From Methanomassiliicoccales archaeon (lineage in GTDB: Archaea > Thermoplasmatota > Thermoplasmata > Methanomassiliicoccales > UBA472): 64,000 bases of DNA. This document shows, piece after piece, positions 59,940 through 64,000 of the stretch; the first letter of the stretch is position 1; each line of letters opens with the position of its first letter. A model generated the notes under the pieces. The model was not told the origin of the DNA. It did not search any database and saw only the letters and a list, made by a program, of their open reading frames with translations. The translations under genes were made by a program, and so were the position numbers. The stretch spans positions 223,940 through 287,939 of the forward strand of contig JAPKYK010000001.1 in NCBI GenBank assembly GCA_026394395.1. The letters run 5' to 3'.

Positions 59940-60015
59940 AGCCCCGTAGTGTAGCGGTCAATCATGCGGGACTCTGGATCCTGCGACGGCAGTTCGAATC
60001 TGCCCGGGGCTACCA
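59940..60015 (+). tRNA. tRNA-Gln(CTG); CCA encoded
   Basis: AGCCCCG/CGGGGCT acceptor, CGGGA-CTCTGGA-TCCTG anticodon arm, GTTCGAATC. Confidence 0.95.
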
Positions 60016-60024
60016 CTTATCCCC

Positions 60025-60603
60025 TTACGGCTCTTCCAGACGCTCTTCACCCTGGCACAGGTCCTGGAAATACTTCTCCGCGTCCGGCGGTCCGCGGGAT
60101 ATCACGACATCCCCGACCTCCAGTTTAGCGTCCTTCTCCGGCCCGTACAGGTACTTGCGGCCCCTTTTGATCGCGACGACCCACATGCCGCTCTGGCTGG
60201 CCAGCCTCATGCTGCCCAAGGTGCGTCCGACCAGGTCCGAGCCCTCCTTGACCTCGGCCAAGGTGATGGTGGTGTCGGCGTCCTTGATGCTTAACCGGAT
60301 CACCGGGTGCGGCTCGTCATCGTGGATGGTGACCATGGCTATCTGCATCGCGGCCTCGGATATCTCCTCCACCGCCATGGCCAGCTTGATGATCGCGAAG
60401 GCCTTTCCCTCGTCGTGGTCCTGCCCGGACCGGGCGATGGCCTGGCGCTGGATGTTGTTGGCCAGTTCGTCCAGCATCTCCTCCATCAGCACCACCTCCT
60501 CGGCGATCTCCTTGTTGTTGTAGAGCAGGGAGGAATAGGCCAGGTCGATCATCAGCTCGGAGGTGTCCTTGAGCTCCAGAAGCATGTCCTCTAATTGGTC
60601 CAT
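60025..60603 (-). CDS. PhoU + TrkA-C domain protein
   Basis: ELKDTSELMIDLAYS, E.ISEAA, GRTLG...GMWVVAIKRG. Confidence 0.88.
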   Translation of the reverse strand: MDQLEDMLLELKDTSELMIDLAYSSLLYNNKEIAEEVVLMEEMLDELANNIQRQAIARSGQDHDEGKAFAIIKLAMAVEEISEAAMQIAMVTIHDDEPHPVIRLSIKDADTTITLAEVKEGSDLVGRTLGSMRLASQSGMWVVAIKRGRKYLYGPEKDAKLEVGDVVISRGPPDAEKYFQDLCQGEERLEEP

Positions 60604-61253
60604 CACTCTTCCTCCCCTTTGTCGTCGGGATAGACCGGCCACTTTTCCTCGCCATTGGCGTACTTTCTGAGGATGTCGTAGCCGTCGTCGGTGCCGCGCA
60701 CGATCAATGTGTCCGCAGCCTTCAGCCTGGTCCCCTCTTCAGGATCGTATAACCAGCGCTTGCCGCGCTTGAGGGCGATGATGCGCATGCCCGTCTCGGA
60801 TTCCACGCCCAGCTCCTCGATGGTGCGGCCGACCATGTCCGATCCCTCGCTGAGGACCAGACGCTTGATCTTCTCCTCCGCCTCCCTCAGTATGAAGGTC
60901 AGGAAGGGTCGTTTGTCCACTTCGCACTCCATGAGCTTGACTATGTCCCCGGCGGCGTTGGATATGCGCCGGGAGGCCGCGGCCACCTCTAACAGGGAGG
61001 ACAGCTTGTTGGCGTCCTTGTGGGTGCGTGCGGAGAGCATGGCCTTTATCCTGATGTTCTTGCTCAGCTCCTCCACGTCCTCCTCCATCTTCTGGACCTC
61101 GTCCGCGATCTCATGGCTGTCGAACATTATGGAGGCGTAGGCCAGGTCTACCATTATCTCCGAGATGTCCTTCATCTCGGTGAGTATCTCCCGGACCGTG
61201 GCGTGGGCCAGATCGTACTTCTCTAACCGCTGCTCCTTTCCAAGCTCATTCAT
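60603..61253 (-). CDS. PhoU + TrkA-C domain protein (paralog)
   Basis: EMKDISEIMVDLAY, ISNAAGDI, GMRIIALKRG...P. Confidence 0.88.
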   Translation of the reverse strand: MNELGKEQRLEKYDLAHATVREILTEMKDISEIMVDLAYASIMFDSHEIADEVQKMEEDVEELSKNIRIKAMLSARTHKDANKLSSLLEVAAASRRISNAAGDIVKLMECEVDKRPFLTFILREAEEKIKRLVLSEGSDMVGRTIEELGVESETGMRIIALKRGKRWLYDPEEGTRLKAADTLIVRGTDDGYDILRKYANGEEKWPVYPDDKGEEE

Positions 61254-61527
61254 AAAAAGAACACCTGTACCGAGTCACGGCACCAGGCCACCGGCTGAAC
61301 CGGGGGTTGTTGGTCGATTTAGCGCGTGACATCTTGGTTGGCCTCACGGGGTCGCCAGGCAGAACTCTCCCAGGCACCACCGTCATCATTCCTTATGTTT
61401 TTCTCTATATATCATCGTTGCGAAATAATGCCGTCGTTTTGCATACCTGCTGGAACTCATTTTTTACCATCTGGTGGAATGCCTTATTATTAATATTTTA
61501 AAATGTTACCTCTATCCGGGTGCTGAC

Positions 61528-62772
61528 ATGAGCGGGGCAGTGAGGACTTTTTTCAGCAACAATAAAGCGGTCTTCACCATGGGGTTCATAGCCCTGCTGA
61601 TATCCTCGCTGGGCGACATATCGGCCGGGGTCACACTAGGTTTCATGACCGACAGCCTTGAGCTGCTTCCCGGGCTCATGATACTAATTCCACCGGCAAT
61701 AGGCATGCGGGGTAACATATTCGGGGCGCTGGGAAGCCGGTTGGGAACCTCGATGCACGTGGGCACGTTCGAGCTATCCCTGCGCAAAGGGAGCATACTG
61801 CGGCAGAACATGGAGGCATCCCTGATCCTTACCATGGTCATCTCCTTCCTCATGGGCGTGCTGGCCAAGGTCGTCTCCGTCGCCCTCGGCGTGGAGAGCA
61901 TCAGTCTGCAGCAGTTCATCTTCATCTCCGTGTTCGGGGGAGTGCTGGCCGGATTGGTACTTATAGTGGTCAACATCATCGTGGCCAACGTAGGCTTTCA
62001 CCGCAACTGGGACATCGACAACATCAGCGCCCCCGTGCTGACGGCCGCCGGGGACATCGTAACGTTGCCCATGCTCTTCATCGCCGCCCTACTGGTAACT
62101 TGGACGAATCATGGCGGGCAACTGGTCATCAACCCCATGTTCTACGACATCATGATGGTGATCTTCCTAATCATCACTGTCTACCTGATCTACGACGCCC
62201 TGTACCGGAGGGACGAGGAGGCCAAGCGCATCTTCGTGCAGAGCGCCCCTGTGCTTTTAATATGCACCATGCTCGACCTGGGTGCCGGTCTCACCATTGA
62301 GGACCATTTGACCCATCTGGTGGCCTTCCCGGCCTTGTTGGTCATGATACCGCTGTTCCTGGAGAACAGCAACGCCCTGGGTGGGATATTGACGTCCCGC
62401 ATGTCCTCCCTGTTGCATATGGGTATACTGGAACCGAAGAGCGTCCCTGGAAAGGCCAGCTACGAGAACTTTGTCATCATCTACATATTCGCCCTCTGGG
62501 TGTTCACCCTGACCAGTGTAACCGCTCACTTCGTATCGTTGGCCATGGGGCTGGCCTCGCCCGGTCTCTTGGCCATGATCACTCTGGGCCTTTTGGCCGG
62601 GCTGATAACCGTCACCGTGCTGAACTTCCTATCATATTACGTGGCGGTGACCACCTTCATGTTCTCCCTGGATCCGGACGACCACAGCATCCCGGTGACC
62701 TCCTCGGCCATCGATTTCATCGGGGCCCTGGCCCTCATGGGCATGATCGTCCTGCTCGGCCTCTCGGTCTGA
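61528..62772 (+). CDS. MgtE-like divalent cation transporter (duplicated membrane domain)
   Basis: GMRGNIFG, DIDNISAP..TAAGD, LDPDD..IP..SS..D. Confidence 0.88.
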   Translation: MSGAVRTFFSNNKAVFTMGFIALLISSLGDISAGVTLGFMTDSLELLPGLMILIPPAIGMRGNIFGALGSRLGTSMHVGTFELSLRKGSILRQNMEASLILTMVISFLMGVLAKVVSVALGVESISLQQFIFISVFGGVLAGLVLIVVNIIVANVGFHRNWDIDNISAPVLTAAGDIVTLPMLFIAALLVTWTNHGGQLVINPMFYDIMMVIFLIITVYLIYDALYRRDEEAKRIFVQSAPVLLICTMLDLGAGLTIEDHLTHLVAFPALLVMIPLFLENSNALGGILTSRMSSLLHMGILEPKSVPGKASYENFVIIYIFALWVFTLTSVTAHFVSLAMGLASPGLLAMITLGLLAGLITVTVLNFLSYYVAVTTFMFSLDPDDHSIPVTSSAIDFIGALALMGMIVLLGLSV

Positions 62773-62828
62773 GTTGGCACAAATTAATATGCTATGGAAC
62801 GTTCCCTAAGTATCCGAAGGGGAGCTGA

Positions 62829-63986
62829 ATGATAGACAGGCAGAGCATCCTGGCCAATTTGGAGAGATACGATCCCAAGAAGATTAAGATAGGCGTGCTG
62901 GCATCCCATTCCGCCCTGGACGTCTGCGACGGGGCGGTGGAAGAGGGCTTCCGTACCCTGGCCGTGTGCCAGGAGGGCCGGGACGCCGCCTACACCAAAT
63001 ACTTCAAGGCTTACCGCGAGAAGAACGGCAAGCTCCGCCGGGGCATGATCGACGAAGCCTTGATGTTGACCAAGTTCAAGGAGGCCACCACCCCCAAGGT
63101 CACCGAGCGCCTGCTCAAGGAGAACGTGCTTTTCGTACCCAACCGCTCCTTCACCTCCTACTGTGGCATCGACGCGGTGGAGAACGACTTCAAGGTCCCC
63201 CTGGTCGGCTCCCGCAACCTGCTCCGCTGCGAGGACCGCGGCGGGGAGAAGGACTATTACTGGCTGCTGGAACAGGCCAGCATGCCCTCGCCCCGCAAGG
63301 TGAAGCGGCCGGAGGACATCAGCGCCCTGACCATCGTCAAGCTGCATCATAAGCAGAAGAAGCTGGAGCGGGGCTTCTTCACCGCCTCCACCCCCGAGGA
63401 GTATCGAGAGAAGGCAGGGAAGCTGATCAAGGACGGTGTCATCGACCAGGAATCGCTGGCCGAGGCTCGCATGGAGGAATACATCATCGGCCCCGTCTTC
63501 AATCTGGACTTCTTCTACTCTCCCCTGGAGGAGAAGGGCAGCCGCATCGAGCTGCTTGGCATAGACTGGAGGTTCGAGTCGTCCCTGGACGGCTTCGTAC
63601 GCCTGCCGGCGGCGCAGCAGCTGGCGCTAAATGATGCACAAAGCATTCCTGAGTACACCGTCTGCGGGCACAACTCCTCCACCATGAGAGAGTCCCTCCT
63701 GGACGGGGCGTTTGAGCTGGCCGAGAAGTTCGTGAAGGTGGCGGAAAAGCACTTCCATCCGGGCATGATCGGGCCGTTCTGCCTGCAGACCTGTGTGGAC
63801 AAGGACCTGCACTTCTTCATATACGACGTCGCTCCGCGCATCGGCGGGGGCACCAACGTGCACATGTCCGTCGGTCACCCCTACGGCAACTCCCTATGGC
63901 GCCGGAGCATGAGCACCGGACGCCGACTGGCCATGGAGGTCAGGCGAGCGGTGGACGAGCAAAGGATTGAGGAGATCGTCACCTGA
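62829..63986 (+). CDS. purP: Formate--phosphoribosylaminoimidazolecarboxamide ligase family (PurP)
   Basis: ASHSAL, GA..EGF.T, VPNRSF, ERGFF, GPFCLQ, RIGGGTN, STGRR.A.E. Confidence 0.92.
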   Translation: MIDRQSILANLERYDPKKIKIGVLASHSALDVCDGAVEEGFRTLAVCQEGRDAAYTKYFKAYREKNGKLRRGMIDEALMLTKFKEATTPKVTERLLKENVLFVPNRSFTSYCGIDAVENDFKVPLVGSRNLLRCEDRGGEKDYYWLLEQASMPSPRKVKRPEDISALTIVKLHHKQKKLERGFFTASTPEEYREKAGKLIKDGVIDQESLAEARMEEYIIGPVFNLDFFYSPLEEKGSRIELLGIDWRFESSLDGFVRLPAAQQLALNDAQSIPEYTVCGHNSSTMRESLLDGAFELAEKFVKVAEKHFHPGMIGPFCLQTCVDKDLHFFIYDVAPRIGGGTNVHMSVGHPYGNSLWRRSMSTGRRLAMEVRRAVDEQRIEEIVT

Positions 63987-64000
63987 TGGAAGCTTCGTAA

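Noticed and set aside
61254..61390. H/ACA or C/D guide RNA interpretation of the structured element (ACA after the stem; ATGATGA at 61383-61389 on the minus strand)
   Set aside because: No K-turn/K-loop in the upper stem and no matching CTGA D box on that strand; kept only as an unclassified element

Overview
Archaeal chromosomal segment, GC-rich overall. Archaeal markers include aIF-1A, Rio1, Dim2, Pus10, eL21, Rpo4, eL15, PolB, archease and PurP. Gene content and order look most like a Methanomassiliicoccales/Thermoplasmatota euryarchaeon (inference). Most of the window is housekeeping: ilvB/ilvC, tldD/tldE, nadX, proAB, tdh/kbl, translation and RNA-modification operons, adk, purP and three tRNAs (intron-containing Glu-TTC, Leu-CAG, Gln-CTG). 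The notable parts are: (1) an AT-richer island (about 26.3-33.6 kb) abutting the tRNA-Glu 3' end. It carries Vsr, a wHTH regulator, an unrecognisable 288-aa ORF and a Sau3AI-like C5 methyltransferase (a candidate restriction-modification system with an atypical nuclease), then an FmdE/TauE/Acr3/AhpD module with a shared TTCAA-N6-TTGAA palindrome. (2) A translationally coupled glutamate-synthase-like operon with a FAD-linked 2-hydroxyacid-dehydrogenase-like protein, one degenerate and one intact ferredoxin-FMN subunit, a GATase-GXGXG fusion and no GltD. (3) Two structured non-coding regions: the eL15 leader and an unexplained ~130-nt element between the PhoU/TrkA-C genes and mgtE. (4) A ThiI homolog lacking its PP-loop, an orphan CTAG-type N4C methyltransferase, and a frameshifted USP remnant beside a BspA-like LRR gene. 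All calls come from motif recognition by eye; no database searches were run.
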